A stretch of DNA of 64,000 nucleotides, from contig CAOLUI010000002.1 in NCBI GenBank assembly GCA_948479395.1, positions 1,282-65,281 of the forward strand, read 5' to 3'. Positions 1 through 10,356 of the stretch are shown here, piece after piece. Position numbers and translations under genes: made by a program. Each line of letters begins with the position of its first letter. Within the stretch, counting starts at the first letter, position 1. The DNA is from an uncultured Bacilli bacterium. Lineage in GTDB: Bacteria > Bacillota_I > Bacilli_A > RF39 > UBA660. The notes beneath the pieces are model-generated. The model searched no databases and had not been told where the DNA came from. It worked only from the letters and a program-made list of their open reading frames with translations.

Positions 1-1049
1 GACATAATGTTTTTATTGTAGTTTTTGTAACATTTCTTTGTAGTTTAGTGACAACTCCAATTGTAAGAAGAATTGCAGTGCATATTAAAGCTTTAGATTA
101 TCCGAATGCCAGAAGACTTAATAAAGTAGCTATGCCTACTATTGGAGGTTTAGCAATATTCTTTTCTTTTATGTTAGGATATATGTTATATGCTAGAAGT
201 AGTATTCAAATGTTATCGATATTAATGGGAAGTTTTATTTTAGTATTAATGGGGATTATTGATGATATAAGTCCTATTAAAGCTAAATATCAGTTAGTAG
301 CTCAGATAATAGCAGCGGGAATAATTACTTTTTATGGCAATATAACTTTGGATTATATAAGCTTTTTGGGATTAAATTTAACTTTTTTAGCTCCTTGGAA
401 TTATATTATTACGATAATAATTATTGTTGCTATTGTTAATGCAATTAATTTGTCTGATGGTTTAGATGGATTATGTTCGGGGGTAAGTGCTATTTATTTT
501 TTAACTATTGCTATAATTGCTTTTATTATGAATACAAAAGAGGGGCTAGATACAACATTAGCATTAATAATGTTGGGTTCTATTTTAGGATTTTTGGTTT
601 ATAATTTTCCTCCTGCGCAGATATATTTGGGAGATACGGGAAGTAATCTACTTGGATTTATTATTGCAGTAACAGCTCTTTTGGGGTATAAAACAGCAAC
701 TTTTACTTCTTTAATTATTCCCTTGGTTATTTTAGCAACCCCGATAATAGATGTTTTGTTTTCTATCATTAGACGAATTTCTAAGGGGCAGAACCCTTTT
801 AATACACCCGATAAGCAACATTTGCATCATCAATTATTAAAAATGCAGTTTTCTACGCGTTCATCTTTGTTGATAATTTATGCAATAGATATTTTATTTG
901 CGGGTATTTCAATATTTTATGCTTTAGGAAATACTTATTATGCAATATTTATATATATTGGTCTTATGATTATTTTTTTGTTTATTGTATTAAAAACAGA
1001 TATTTTATTTAAGCGAAGTAAGGATAAAAAAAATGAAAAGAATACTTAA
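1..1049 (+). CDS. tagO: Undecaprenyl-phosphate GlcNAc-1-phosphate transferase (WecA/TagO, MraY-like); 5' end runs off the window
   Basis: ORF 48..1049 stays open in frame back to base 3, with a hydrophobic helix upstream. Polytopic membrane protein with PTIGGLAIF and NLSDGLDGL motifs typical of the MraY/WecA family. Confidence 0.8.
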   Translation, partial: HNVFIVVFVTFLCSLVTTPIVRRIAVHIKALDYPNARRLNKVAMPTIGGLAIFFSFMLGYMLYARSSIQMLSILMGSFILVLMGIIDDISPIKAKYQLVAQIIAAGIITFYGNITLDYISFLGLNLTFLAPWNYIITIIIIVAIVNAINLSDGLDGLCSGVSAIYFLTIAIIAFIMNTKEGLDTTLALIMLGSILGFLVYNFPPAQIYLGDTGSNLLGFIIAVTALLGYKTATFTSLIIPLVILATPIIDVLFSIIRRISKGQNPFNTPDKQHLHHQLLKMQFSTRSSLLIIYAIDILFAGISIFYALGNTYYAIFIYIGLMIIFLFIVLKTDILFKRSKDKKNEKNT

Positions 1050-1461
1050 TTTATATAAGAATTATGAAGAAATTATAAATTATTTGGTGGTTGGGGTTTT
1101 GACGACTATAGTGAGTTTAATTATTTATTTTGGTTGTGTTAAAACTTTTTTAGATGCTAATAATCCTTTTGAAATACAAATAGCTAATTTTATATCTTGG
1201 TTTGGTTCTGTAAGTTTTGCTTATATAACAAATCGCTTGTTTGTTTTTAAAAGTAAATCAAAAAAATATATTAAAGAAATAGTAAGTTTTTTTTCCGCAA
1301 GAATATTGACTCTTTTAATGGATATGGGAGTAATGTTTGTTTTAGTTACAATATTAAAAGAAAGTGATACAATTGCTAAGTTATTAAGTCAAATCATGGT
1401 AATAATTGCTAATTATGTTTTTAGTAAGTTATTTGTTTTTAAAAAAAGAAAAGATTCTTAA
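1033..1461 (+). CDS. GtrA-family small membrane protein (lipid-linked sugar translocation)
   Basis: 142 aa with 4 predicted TM segments and a basic C-terminus; overlaps the upstream gene (translational coupling). This size and topology match GtrA-like proteins in polysaccharide loci. Confidence 0.6.
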   Translation: MKRILNLYKNYEEIINYLVVGVLTTIVSLIIYFGCVKTFLDANNPFEIQIANFISWFGSVSFAYITNRLFVFKSKSKKYIKEIVSFFSARILTLLMDMGVMFVLVTILKESDTIAKLLSQIMVIIANYVFSKLFVFKKRKDS

Positions 1462-1508
1462 GAAGGAGTCTTTTTTCATGTGTTATAATATTTTAAAAAG
1501 GTGATAGT

Positions 1509-3788
1509 ATGTTAAAAAAAATTGATAAGTACTTAGGGTATTTTATTATATTTTTACCCTTTCTAGATTTTATTACAGGAATTCTTACTTGGAATGAGAT
1601 TAGTTATAGTCTAGGCTTTATAATAAAAGGAGTGTTTTTGGTATTTGTAATAATTTATCTTTTGGTAAATTATCCTAATAAAAAAATATTCTTATTGATG
1701 GGATTTTATTTTGTAATATATTTTTTATATTTATTAATTAATGATAAGAATTTAATTTTAGAAATAACTAATATTATTAAAATTTTTTATTTACCTATTT
1801 TAATTTTATTTTTTACAATTTATAAGAATTCTAAAATTACTAAAAAAGAAATTAGTTATGTTTTATTTATTTATTTATTACTTTATTTAGGACCAGTATT
1901 TTTGGGATTGGGACATAATATTAAAGAGATATATCCTAATAAAGATTTGTATTTATCTTATTTTTATATTGGCAATGAATTAGTTAATATTTTTATTGGT
2001 TTATTGCCTATTGTTGTTTTGTATTTAATAGAGAGTAATAGTAAATTGTTAAAAGTTTTATTTTCAGTTTTATTATTTTTAGGAATTTGTTTATTAGGAA
2101 CGAAAGCATTTTATTTGAGTTTAGGAATAATTTTAATATATTTTTTGATTCAATATCGCCGAGAGTTTTTTCAAAGTTTGAAAAAGAATCAATTAAAGTT
2201 TTTACTTTTGATAGCGGTGATTATGGTGGGATTAATTGTTTATTTACCTAAAATGAATTTATATCAAAATATAAAAACCGCATTAAATTATTATGAAATA
2301 GAGCATTTTAGAGATTTATGCTCTTGGGAAAATTTGGACCATGTTGTTTTTAGTAATCGTCTTTCTTTTTTAAAAAGTGTTAATAATACTTATGTAGAAA
2401 GTGATTCTTTAGAAAAGTTGTTAGGTTTGGGAAGAGAAAAAATTATAGCTGTAAAGGATGTAGAAATGGATTGTTTTGATATTTTTTATAGCTTAGGATT
2501 AGTAGGGACGGCTTTTTATGTTCTTTTCTTTATTTGGGTTTTAAGGCAGACTAAGCTTAAAAATGTTTATAAGTTTAGTATTATTTTAGTGGTTGTTATT
2601 TCTTGTTTTTCGGGTCATGTTTTGTTAAGCCCAATGGTTAGTACTTATATAGCATTATTGTTTTTAGTTTCAAAAAATGATTTGGGTAAAGAAATACGAG
2701 ATATTTTATTGGTTAGTAACATGTATCCTAGTGATAATTATCCTCATTATGGAATATTTGTGAAGAATACTTATGAACTTTTAAAAGCAAATCAGTTGAA
2801 GATTGATTTAGTAGTTATTTATAAAACCAATAATAAGTTAAAAAAGATATTATATTATTTAAAGTTTTATTTAAAATCTTTTTGGTTAGCTTTATGGAAT
2901 AATTATGATTATATTTATGTGCATTTTGTTTCTCATTCTACTAAAGGGATATTTATTCCATTTATTTGTTCTAAAAATACAAAGTTAGTTTTAAATACAC
3001 ATGGTAATGATATTGTAGCTGATTATGATTTTGAAGTAAGAAATGAAAAGATAAGTGCTAAGTATTTAAAAAGAGCGGATAAAGTTATTGCTTCATCTGA
3101 TTATTTTAAAGATGTCTTAAAAGATAAATATAATATTGAGGATGATAGGATTGTGGTTTATCCGGCTGGAGGCGTTGATTTAAAAAAATTTAAAGTGATG
3201 AATAAAGAAGAGGCGTTGAAAAAGTTAGGTTTGAGTAAAGATAATAAGTATTTTGGATATGTAGCTCGAATTGAAAAAGATAAGGGATATGATACTCTTT
3301 TATTAGCAATAAATGAACTTAAAAAAGAGAAGAAATTGAAGGATAATGTTAAATTTATAATTGTGGGAAGTGGACAAGAAGAAAACATTTTAGAGAAAAT
3401 GATTACGGAATATAAGTTATCCTCTTATATTGTTCGAAAACCATTGGTTGATCAGAAAGAATTAGTATATATATTTAATGCAATAGAGGCTTTTATTTAT
3501 CCCACAAAAAGAAAGAGTGAGAGTTTAGGTTTAACAGGTTTGGAAGCAATGGCTAGTGGTTCTTTAGTAATTGGTAGTAATAAGTATGGACCAAGTTCTT
3601 ATTTGGTTGATGGAAAAAATAGTTTGACTTTTAATCCTTATGATTATAAAGAATTAACTAAAAAAATAGAAGAAGTTTTAAAAATGAAAAAAAAGGATAA
3701 AGATAAATTAGTTAAAAGTGCCTATGAAACTTGTGAAGAGTATAGTATAGAAAAAACTAAAGATATTTTATTAGATATATTTAAATAA
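1509..3788 (+). CDS. Fusion protein: N-terminal polytopic membrane domain (O-antigen ligase/Wzy-like) plus C-terminal GT4 (GT-B) glycosyltransferase
   Basis: The first ~390 aa are extremely hydrophobic with more than 10 TM helices. The C-terminal ~360 aa carry a GT-B signature (SESLGLTGLEAMASGSLVIGS, an E-x7-E-like region). Confidence 0.6.
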   Translation: MLKKIDKYLGYFIIFLPFLDFITGILTWNEISYSLGFIIKGVFLVFVIIYLLVNYPNKKIFLLMGFYFVIYFLYLLINDKNLILEITNIIKIFYLPILILFFTIYKNSKITKKEISYVLFIYLLLYLGPVFLGLGHNIKEIYPNKDLYLSYFYIGNELVNIFIGLLPIVVLYLIESNSKLLKVLFSVLLFLGICLLGTKAFYLSLGIILIYFLIQYRREFFQSLKKNQLKFLLLIAVIMVGLIVYLPKMNLYQNIKTALNYYEIEHFRDLCSWENLDHVVFSNRLSFLKSVNNTYVESDSLEKLLGLGREKIIAVKDVEMDCFDIFYSLGLVGTAFYVLFFIWVLRQTKLKNVYKFSIILVVVISCFSGHVLLSPMVSTYIALLFLVSKNDLGKEIRDILLVSNMYPSDNYPHYGIFVKNTYELLKANQLKIDLVVIYKTNNKLKKILYYLKFYLKSFWLALWNNYDYIYVHFVSHSTKGIFIPFICSKNTKLVLNTHGNDIVADYDFEVRNEKISAKYLKRADKVIASSDYFKDVLKDKYNIEDDRIVVYPAGGVDLKKFKVMNKEEALKKLGLSKDNKYFGYVARIEKDKGYDTLLLAINELKKEKKLKDNVKFIIVGSGQEENILEKMITEYKLSSYIVRKPLVDQKELVYIFNAIEAFIYPTKRKSESLGLTGLEAMASGSLVIGSNKYGPSSYLVDGKNSLTFNPYDYKELTKKIEEVLKMKKKDKDKLVKSAYETCEEYSIEKTKDILLDIFK

Positions 3789-3792
3789 TAAA

Positions 3793-3829
3793 GAACCTAT
3801 AAGAAAAAGATTATAGGTTTTTGTTTTTT
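3793..3829 (+). terminator. Rho-independent terminator-like hairpin
   Basis: aacctata-N10-tataggtt stem followed by tttgttttttt. Confidence 0.55.
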
Positions 3830-3859
3830 TATATGATAAAATATTTATAGAGGGTAAAT

Positions 3860-4708
3860 ATGAAAAATGGAATAGTAATTTTAAATTATAATGATTTTGA
3901 AAATACCAAATTAATGTTAGATGAGATTAAGAATTTTAAAGTGTTAGATTATATAATTGTTGTGGATAATAAAAGTAAAGATGATTCTTTAAAAAAGTTA
4001 AAAAAATATGAAAGTAAAAAGATTAAAATTGTCGAGACTTTAGAAAATCAGGGGTATGCCGCTGGGAATAATGTAGGAATTAGATATTTAATTGATAATT
4101 ATAAAGTTGATAATATTATTATATCTAACCCAGATATTATTGTAAGAGAAGAAGATATTAAAGTGTTAATAAGTGATCTAGAGAAAAAAGATATCGCAGT
4201 TATTGCCCCAGTTGTTAAAGAACCTAATGAAATATCTAGAGGATGGAAGTTACCTACATTTTTTTCAGAATTATTATCAAATGTTCCTTATTTTCATTTT
4301 TTAGAGAATAAAATACTTAGTTATAAGGAAGAAGATTATCAAAAAGATTTGACGCAGGTTGAGGTTGTTAAAGGGTGTTTTTTTATTATAAAAAAAGAAG
4401 TTTTTGAAATAATAGATTTTTTTGATGAGGGAACTTTTTTATATTATGAAGAAATTATAATTGGAAAAAAGTTAAAGGAATTAGGATATAAAACTTTTGT
4501 AGATAATAGAGTAAGCGTTATTCATGCTTTAAGTAAAAGTGTGGATAAGAGTATTAATCGGATAAATAAGTTTAAAATATTAAAGAAAAGTCAATTTTAT
4601 TATGAAAAGTATGTGAATAAGTGGGATGTTTTTAAATTGATTTTGTTAAGAATTTCTTATTATGTAGATTTATTTTTAGTAAGTGTGATTAATTTGTTTA
4701 GGAGGTGA
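3860..4708 (+). CDS. Glycosyltransferase family 2
   Basis: N-terminal GT-A fold motifs (IVILNYND, VVDNKS, a DxD-like region); 282 aa. Confidence 0.7.
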   Translation: MKNGIVILNYNDFENTKLMLDEIKNFKVLDYIIVVDNKSKDDSLKKLKKYESKKIKIVETLENQGYAAGNNVGIRYLIDNYKVDNIIISNPDIIVREEDIKVLISDLEKKDIAVIAPVVKEPNEISRGWKLPTFFSELLSNVPYFHFLENKILSYKEEDYQKDLTQVEVVKGCFFIIKKEVFEIIDFFDEGTFLYYEEIIIGKKLKELGYKTFVDNRVSVIHALSKSVDKSINRINKFKILKKSQFYYEKYVNKWDVFKLILLRISYYVDLFLVSVINLFRR

Positions 4709-4715
4709 ATAAACC

Positions 4716-5888
4716 ATGAAAAATATTATTATTATTGGTTCTCGAGGGTATAAAGCAAGATATGGTGGATGGGAAACTTTTGTTACTAATTTAGTAGAAA
4801 ATTATAATGATAAAGATACTAAATTTCATATTCCAGAACTAACTAACGATAAGTTTAATAAAAATAAAATAATCCAAAAAGATAGAGTTGATTGTTTACA
4901 AGTTTATTCTCCTAAGGTTGGTTTTGTTACGATGTTTATTTATGCAATTAAAGCTTTAAAAAAAATTAATAAATATATTGAAAAAAATAATTTGGATAAT
5001 GTTGTGGTATATATTCTTGGATGTCGAGTTGGACCTTTTTATCATCATTTAATTAAACCTTTACAAAAAAAAGGAATAAAAGTTTATTTAAATCCTGATG
5101 GTTTAGAGTGGATGAGAGATAAATGGAATTTTTTAATTAAACAATGCTTTAAAATAAGTGAGTATTTTATGGTGAAGAATAGTGATGGAATTATATGTGA
5201 TTCTAAAGCCATAAAAAATTATGTTGATATGAGATATAAAAAGTTTAATAAAAAAACTTATTTTGTTGCATATGGAGCTTATTTAAAGCAAAAAGGTGAT
5301 AAAAATATTGTAGTAAATGATTTGTTTAAAAAGTATAAAATAAAAGAAAATAATTATTATCTTATTGTAGGAAGATTTGTGCCAGAGAATAATTATGAGT
5401 TAATAATTAAAGAGTTTATGGAATCTAATACGAAAAAAGATTTAGTTATTATATCTAATGTAGAGGAAAATAAATTTTATAAAGAATTAAGAGAAAAAAC
5501 CAATTTTGATCAGGATAAACGAATTAAGTTTGTGGGAAGTGTTTATGATAAAGAAGCTTTAGTTTATATAAGAAAAAATGCTTATGCTTATATTCATGGA
5601 CATTCTGCAGGAGGAACAAATCCATCTCTTTTAGAGGCTTTGGCAACAACGAAGATAAATATTTTATTTAATGCAGTTTATAATGTAGAAGTTGGTATGA
5701 TGGCGGGGTTGTATTTTAGTAAACAAGAGGGAGATTTAAAAAGGATTATTGAAAAAGTGGATAAGTTGGAAAAGGAAGATATTGAAAAATATAGTAAATT
5801 AGCTAAAGAAAGAATTAAGAAGGAATATACTTGGAAGATTGTGGTTGATAAGTATAAAAAAATTTGGGAAGAAGTTGAGAATAAATGA
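4716..5888 (+). CDS. GT-B glycosyltransferase with N-terminal DUF1972 domain (WchF/RgpA-like)
   Basis: The N-terminus IIGSRGYKARYGGWETFV is the characteristic DUF1972 signature that precedes a GT1 domain. Confidence 0.7.
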   Translation: MKNIIIIGSRGYKARYGGWETFVTNLVENYNDKDTKFHIPELTNDKFNKNKIIQKDRVDCLQVYSPKVGFVTMFIYAIKALKKINKYIEKNNLDNVVVYILGCRVGPFYHHLIKPLQKKGIKVYLNPDGLEWMRDKWNFLIKQCFKISEYFMVKNSDGIICDSKAIKNYVDMRYKKFNKKTYFVAYGAYLKQKGDKNIVVNDLFKKYKIKENNYYLIVGRFVPENNYELIIKEFMESNTKKDLVIISNVEENKFYKELREKTNFDQDKRIKFVGSVYDKEALVYIRKNAYAYIHGHSAGGTNPSLLEALATTKINILFNAVYNVEVGMMAGLYFSKQEGDLKRIIEKVDKLEKEDIEKYSKLAKERIKKEYTWKIVVDKYKKIWEEVENK

Positions 5889-6703
5889 AAAAGATTTTAA
5901 AAAAGACTAAATTATATAATTGGTATGCTAATGCTAATAAAATTAATGAGACTAATCTACGAATTTCAGAGTTAGAAAGAAAGGTTATGCAAAGTCAAGA
6001 GCAAATAAAATGTTTAAATGATTTTGTGATAAAAAATCTTAAGATAGCCAATGAGAATCTTTTTGCAACTATTTTTCATGATACTATAAAGAATAGTGAA
6101 TGGTTAAATATTCCTTTGTCTTTATCATCAGGAGCGATAGGTTATCCTTTTGCTTATATTTTGTATCGTATTTTAGATGAAATTGAACCAAAACATATTT
6201 TAGAAACAGGAATGGGGCAATCGACGAAGATAATTACGGAATATGTGAAATCTCATAAAAATGTAGGACATGACGTAGTAGAACATGATAAGGAATGGAT
6301 TGAGTTTTTTAAAACAAATACAAATATGAGTGAGTTTCAAAATATTCATTTATTGAAGAATTATAAAAAGAAATTTAAAGGGATAGAATTAAATGCTTAT
6401 AAAAATTTTAAAGAAGAATTTAAGGGGCAGAAGTTTGATTTAATTACTATTGATGGTCCTGTAGGAGTTGGGCAAGAATATTCAAGAATGGATATTTTGG
6501 ATATTATTCCAGATTGTTTAGAACAAAAATTTATTATTTTGATTGATGATTGCGAAAGAGTGGGAGAACAAAGAACTATTGAATTATTAGAACAAAAATT
6601 AGAAGATAATAAAATTAAATTTCATAAAGGATATCAGTATTGGGGGGTTACAAGTGTTTATATATGCGTGTCTGATGATTTAGAATTTTTATGTCATATC
6701 TGA
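5885..6703 (+). CDS. Hypothetical protein with N-terminal coiled coil; possible class I SAM-dependent methyltransferase fold
   Basis: ILETGMGQSTKII resembles the glycine-rich motif I of Methyltransf_24-type enzymes, and an acidic DDCE follows a beta-strand. The assignment is weak. Confidence 0.3.
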   Translation: MKKILKKTKLYNWYANANKINETNLRISELERKVMQSQEQIKCLNDFVIKNLKIANENLFATIFHDTIKNSEWLNIPLSLSSGAIGYPFAYILYRILDEIEPKHILETGMGQSTKIITEYVKSHKNVGHDVVEHDKEWIEFFKTNTNMSEFQNIHLLKNYKKKFKGIELNAYKNFKEEFKGQKFDLITIDGPVGVGQEYSRMDILDIIPDCLEQKFIILIDDCERVGEQRTIELLEQKLEDNKIKFHKGYQYWGVTSVYICVSDDLEFLCHI

Positions 6704-7954
6704 TTGGAGAATGAAAAAATGAATAATACTTGTGTGTATACTTGTATTACAGGGGATTATGACAACTTAATTGAGTTAAAAAATAAAGAAAAAGGAATTG
6801 ATTATCTTTGTTTTACTAATAATAAAAGGATAAAGTCTAAAACTTGGAAAGTTATTTATATTGAAGATAAAACTTTAACAGATGTTCAATTAGCAAGAAA
6901 AACGAAAATATTAGGAAATGAGTATACTAAAAAATATGATGTAACAATTTGGATGGATGGAAATCAATTTTTTAAAAGAAGTATTTATGATTTTTTAGAT
7001 ACTTTTGTTAATAATCAGGAAGCAGATTTTATATCTTTTAAACATCATGCTAGAGATTGTATTTATGAAGAAATTAATGCTTGTATGCAATTTAAAAAAG
7101 AGGATAAACAGAAGCTTTTAAAATTAAAAGATTTTTATATAAAAGAAAAATATCCGGCTCATAATGGTTTAATTGAATCAAGTATTATTGTTAGAAAAAA
7201 GGGAAATGAATTAGTTTTAAAAACGATGAAGATGTGGTTTGAATATTTAGTGAAATATACTAAAAGAGATCAATTAACTTTTAATTATTGTGTGTTTAAA
7301 ACAAAAATGCCTATATTTTATATTGATCTAAATATGTGGGATAATGAATGGACAGGATATTACTCTCATAAATCAGAAAATAAGAGATTAGATTTTTATC
7401 GTTTATATTTTGGGGATAGTAATGATTTTGAAATAGAGAAATGTGTTGATGGTTATTATAAACGGAATAAAGATTATTATGAATTTGATATTATTATTCC
7501 TAATGATACTAAGGAAATAGAACTAGAGTTAAGTGAGAAGATAAATTTAATGATAGACAGTTTTGAAGTTAAATATTATAAAAAAATAGTTATAGTTAAA
7601 TTTAATTTTTGTGAAGTAAATAATAATATTTATTTTTATGATAAACCAATTTTTTTGTTTAAGGGAGAGTTTAAAAAAGGGACTTTGCTTAAGTTTAGAG
7701 TTAAACTAAAAGAATTTATAGATGATGGTTTTACGGAATTTTTAGAGGAAGTAAAAAGTTTAAAAACTACTCAGTTTGATTTACAAAAAAATATAATGGA
7801 AAAGGAAAAATTAATAAAAAAACAGGGCAATATTATAAAGTATAATGAGAATGCTTTGAAAGATATAGAAAGTAAATATTTGAAAATTATAAATAGTAAA
7901 AGTTGGAAAATAATTGCAAAATTTCAAAAATTAAAAAGTTTTATGTTTAAATGA
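6704..7954 (+). CDS. Putative glycosyltransferase (DUF616-like N-domain) with C-terminal coiled-coil extension
   Basis: VYTCITGDYDNL...DYLCFTNN resembles the DUF616 family found in polysaccharide loci. The C-terminal ~120 aa are predicted coiled coil. Confidence 0.4.
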   Translation: MENEKMNNTCVYTCITGDYDNLIELKNKEKGIDYLCFTNNKRIKSKTWKVIYIEDKTLTDVQLARKTKILGNEYTKKYDVTIWMDGNQFFKRSIYDFLDTFVNNQEADFISFKHHARDCIYEEINACMQFKKEDKQKLLKLKDFYIKEKYPAHNGLIESSIIVRKKGNELVLKTMKMWFEYLVKYTKRDQLTFNYCVFKTKMPIFYIDLNMWDNEWTGYYSHKSENKRLDFYRLYFGDSNDFEIEKCVDGYYKRNKDYYEFDIIIPNDTKEIELELSEKINLMIDSFEVKYYKKIVIVKFNFCEVNNNIYFYDKPIFLFKGEFKKGTLLKFRVKLKEFIDDGFTEFLEEVKSLKTTQFDLQKNIMEKEKLIKKQGNIIKYNENALKDIESKYLKIINSKSWKIIAKFQKLKSFMFK

Positions 7955-7997
7955 ATATGTAGATAGTAGTATTAAGATATGATATAATTAAGTAAAT

Positions 7998-8753
7998 ATG
8001 GAGGCAAAAATGAAACAAAAGAATTCTAATTATTCAATTAGTGTAATTGATGTAAAAAAATCATTTAAATTGTTTTATGAAAAACCAACAACTTTAAAAG
8101 AACGTTTAGTTTTTTGGAATAAGAAAAAAAGCGATGAACATGAAGTTTTAAAAAATATTAATTTAAATATTAAAAAGGGAGAAACTGTTGCTTTAATAGG
8201 AACAAATGGAAGTGGTAAATCAACTCTTTTAAAATTGATGACTAAAATTATATATCCGACAACTGGGAAAATTATTACTAATGGTAAGCTAACTTCGTTA
8301 TTAGAATTAGGGGCTGGTTTTCATCAAGATTTTACAGGAAGAGAAAATATATATTTTAATGCTGCTATTTTTGGTTTAACCAAAAAAGAAATCGATGAAA
8401 GATTAGAAGATATTATAGAATTTTCTGAATTAGGAGAATTTATTGATAGTCCTGTTCGAACTTATTCATCAGGTATGTATATGCGTCTTGCTTTTTCAGT
8501 TGCCATTAATGTAGAGGCTGATATACTATTAATAGATGAAATTTTAGCAGTAGGAGATCAACACTTTCAAGATAAATGCTTTGAAAAATTAAAAGAATTG
8601 AAAAATAGCAATAAAACAATAGTTATTGTTAGTCACAGTTTAGGAGCAGTAAAATTGTTATGTGATCGAGCTGTATGGCTTTTTAATGGTGAGGTTAAAA
8701 TGGATGGAAAAACAAATGATGTTATTGATGAATACTTAAAGGTGTGTGGATAA
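7998..8753 (+). CDS. tagH: ABC transporter ATP-binding protein, TagH/Wzt-like polysaccharide or teichoic-acid exporter
   Basis: Walker A GTNGSGKST, ABC signature YSSGMYMRL and Walker B LLIDE. Only 251 aa, so there is no C-terminal carbohydrate-binding domain. Confidence 0.85.
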   Translation: MEAKMKQKNSNYSISVIDVKKSFKLFYEKPTTLKERLVFWNKKKSDEHEVLKNINLNIKKGETVALIGTNGSGKSTLLKLMTKIIYPTTGKIITNGKLTSLLELGAGFHQDFTGRENIYFNAAIFGLTKKEIDERLEDIIEFSELGEFIDSPVRTYSSGMYMRLAFSVAINVEADILLIDEILAVGDQHFQDKCFEKLKELKNSNKTIVIVSHSLGAVKLLCDRAVWLFNGEVKMDGKTNDVIDEYLKVCG

Positions 8754-9529
8754 TGATAAGTTTTTTTCAAGAATTGTATAAATATAGAGAACTTTTAAAA
8801 ACGAATGTTAAAAAAGAAATTAGAGGAAAATATAAAGGCTCTTTTTTAGGAGTTTTATGGTCTTTTATAAATCCATTATTAATGACATTGGTGTATGCAA
8901 TTGTTTTTCCTTTTATTTTAAAAAATACAACTCCCCATTATGTAACTTATTTGATAATTGGCATTTTACCATGGAATTGGTTTACGATGGTGATTGCTCA
9001 GGGGACAACATCATTTTTATCTAATGCTGGGATTATTAAAAAAGTTTATTTTCCAAGAGAGATCATACCCATAAGTGTTGTTACGAGTGGACTTGTTAAT
9101 TTTTTGATATCATGTTTGATTATTATAGTATTTCTAATATGTAGTGGAATTGGCTTTAGTAAGTATATTTTATTTTTTCCAATAATTTTGATTGCAGAAT
9201 ATATAGTTTGTTTAGCCGTAGTATTTTTGACTAGTGCAATAAATGTATATATAAAAGATGCCGAGTATATAATTAATTTTTTAGTAACGATGTTATTTTA
9301 TGCGACACCTGTATTATATACGATGGATATGTTTCCAGCTCGATTTCAAAAAATTTTGTTATTAAATCCTTTAGTAACTATTATTAATAGTTATCGAAAT
9401 ATTTTCTTTTATCAAGTGATGCCAGGAATTAAGTCGCTTTTAATAATTATTTTAGTGGGATTAGTTCTATTGTATTTTAGTTATAAAATATTTAAAATGT
9501 TGGAAAAAGGTTTTGCTGAGGAATTATAA
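8744..9529 (+). CDS. tagG: ABC-2 type transporter permease, TagG/Wzm-like
   Basis: 6-TM ABC-2 permease placed immediately after the ATPase; the true start is probably the ATG at 8753. Confidence 0.8.
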   Translation: MWIMISFFQELYKYRELLKTNVKKEIRGKYKGSFLGVLWSFINPLLMTLVYAIVFPFILKNTTPHYVTYLIIGILPWNWFTMVIAQGTTSFLSNAGIIKKVYFPREIIPISVVTSGLVNFLISCLIIIVFLICSGIGFSKYILFFPIILIAEYIVCLAVVFLTSAINVYIKDAEYIINFLVTMLFYATPVLYTMDMFPARFQKILLLNPLVTIINSYRNIFFYQVMPGIKSLLIIILVGLVLLYFSYKIFKMLEKGFAEEL

Positions 9530-10356
9530 TGAAAATAGCGGGAGTAGTTGTATGGTATAATCCAACAAATGATGACAAAAAAAACATTTATAGCTATTTG
9601 GAAAGTTTAGATAAATTATATATTTTTGATAATAGTAGTAAGAAAAACGATTTTAAATTGGATAAAAAAATTGAGTATATTTTTGCTGGAGAAAATGAAG
9701 GTATTGCTAAAGCATTAAATGTTACAGCCAAAAAAGCTATTGAAGACGGGTATGAATGGTTACTTACAATGGATCAAGATACAGTTTTTGAAAATGAAAA
9801 ATTAGAAAAATTAAAGAAGTTTATTGATAAAAAGGAAGCTAATGTCGCTATTATTTGCCCATGGTTAGAGACTAAATTAAAAATAGAAAAAAGTAAACAA
9901 GAACTAGATTATCCTTTAGATGTAATGACTTCTGGTAATTTGTTAAATTTAGCTATTTATAAAAAAATAGGGGGCTTTTTAGAGGAATTATTTATAGATG
10001 GTGTAGATATGGAATTTTGTTTACGTTTAAAAAAGCATGGCTTTAAAATAAAGAGAGTTAATTCGATATCTATTAAACATAATTTAGGGAATATTACTTA
10101 TAAAAATTTTTTAAAAAAAAGTTTATTATGTATGAATCATAATTATGTAAGATATTATTATAGAGTAAGAAATTATCATTATATACATGATTTATATTAT
10201 GATATTGAACCAGAATATTGTAAAAATATTATTAAATTTAGAGCAATGATTTGGTGTATAGTTTTTTATGAAAAAGATAAATATAGAAAGTTACGTGCTG
10301 TATATGAAGGCTATAAAGATTATAAAAAAGGGATTAAGGGAAAATATTATCATTGA
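9529..10356 (+). CDS. Glycosyltransferase family 2 (WbbL-like, possibly a rhamnosyltransferase)
   Basis: VVVWYNPT near the N-terminus and the GT-A DxD (LTMDQD) are typical of GT2 rhamnosyltransferase-like proteins. Confidence 0.6.
   Translation: MKIAGVVVWYNPTNDDKKNIYSYLESLDKLYIFDNSSKKNDFKLDKKIEYIFAGENEGIAKALNVTAKKAIEDGYEWLLTMDQDTVFENEKLEKLKKFIDKKEANVAIICPWLETKLKIEKSKQELDYPLDVMTSGNLLNLAIYKKIGGFLEELFIDGVDMEFCLRLKKHGFKIKRVNSISIKHNLGNITYKNFLKKSLLCMNHNYVRYYYRVRNYHYIHDLYYDIEPEYCKNIIKFRAMIWCIVFYEKDKYRKLRAVYEGYKDYKKGIKGKYYH

Noticed and set aside
3158-3388. Minus-strand 76-aa ORF inside the GT fusion gene
   Set aside because: It lies antisense within a strongly supported plus-strand CDS; it is low-complexity and has no RBS.
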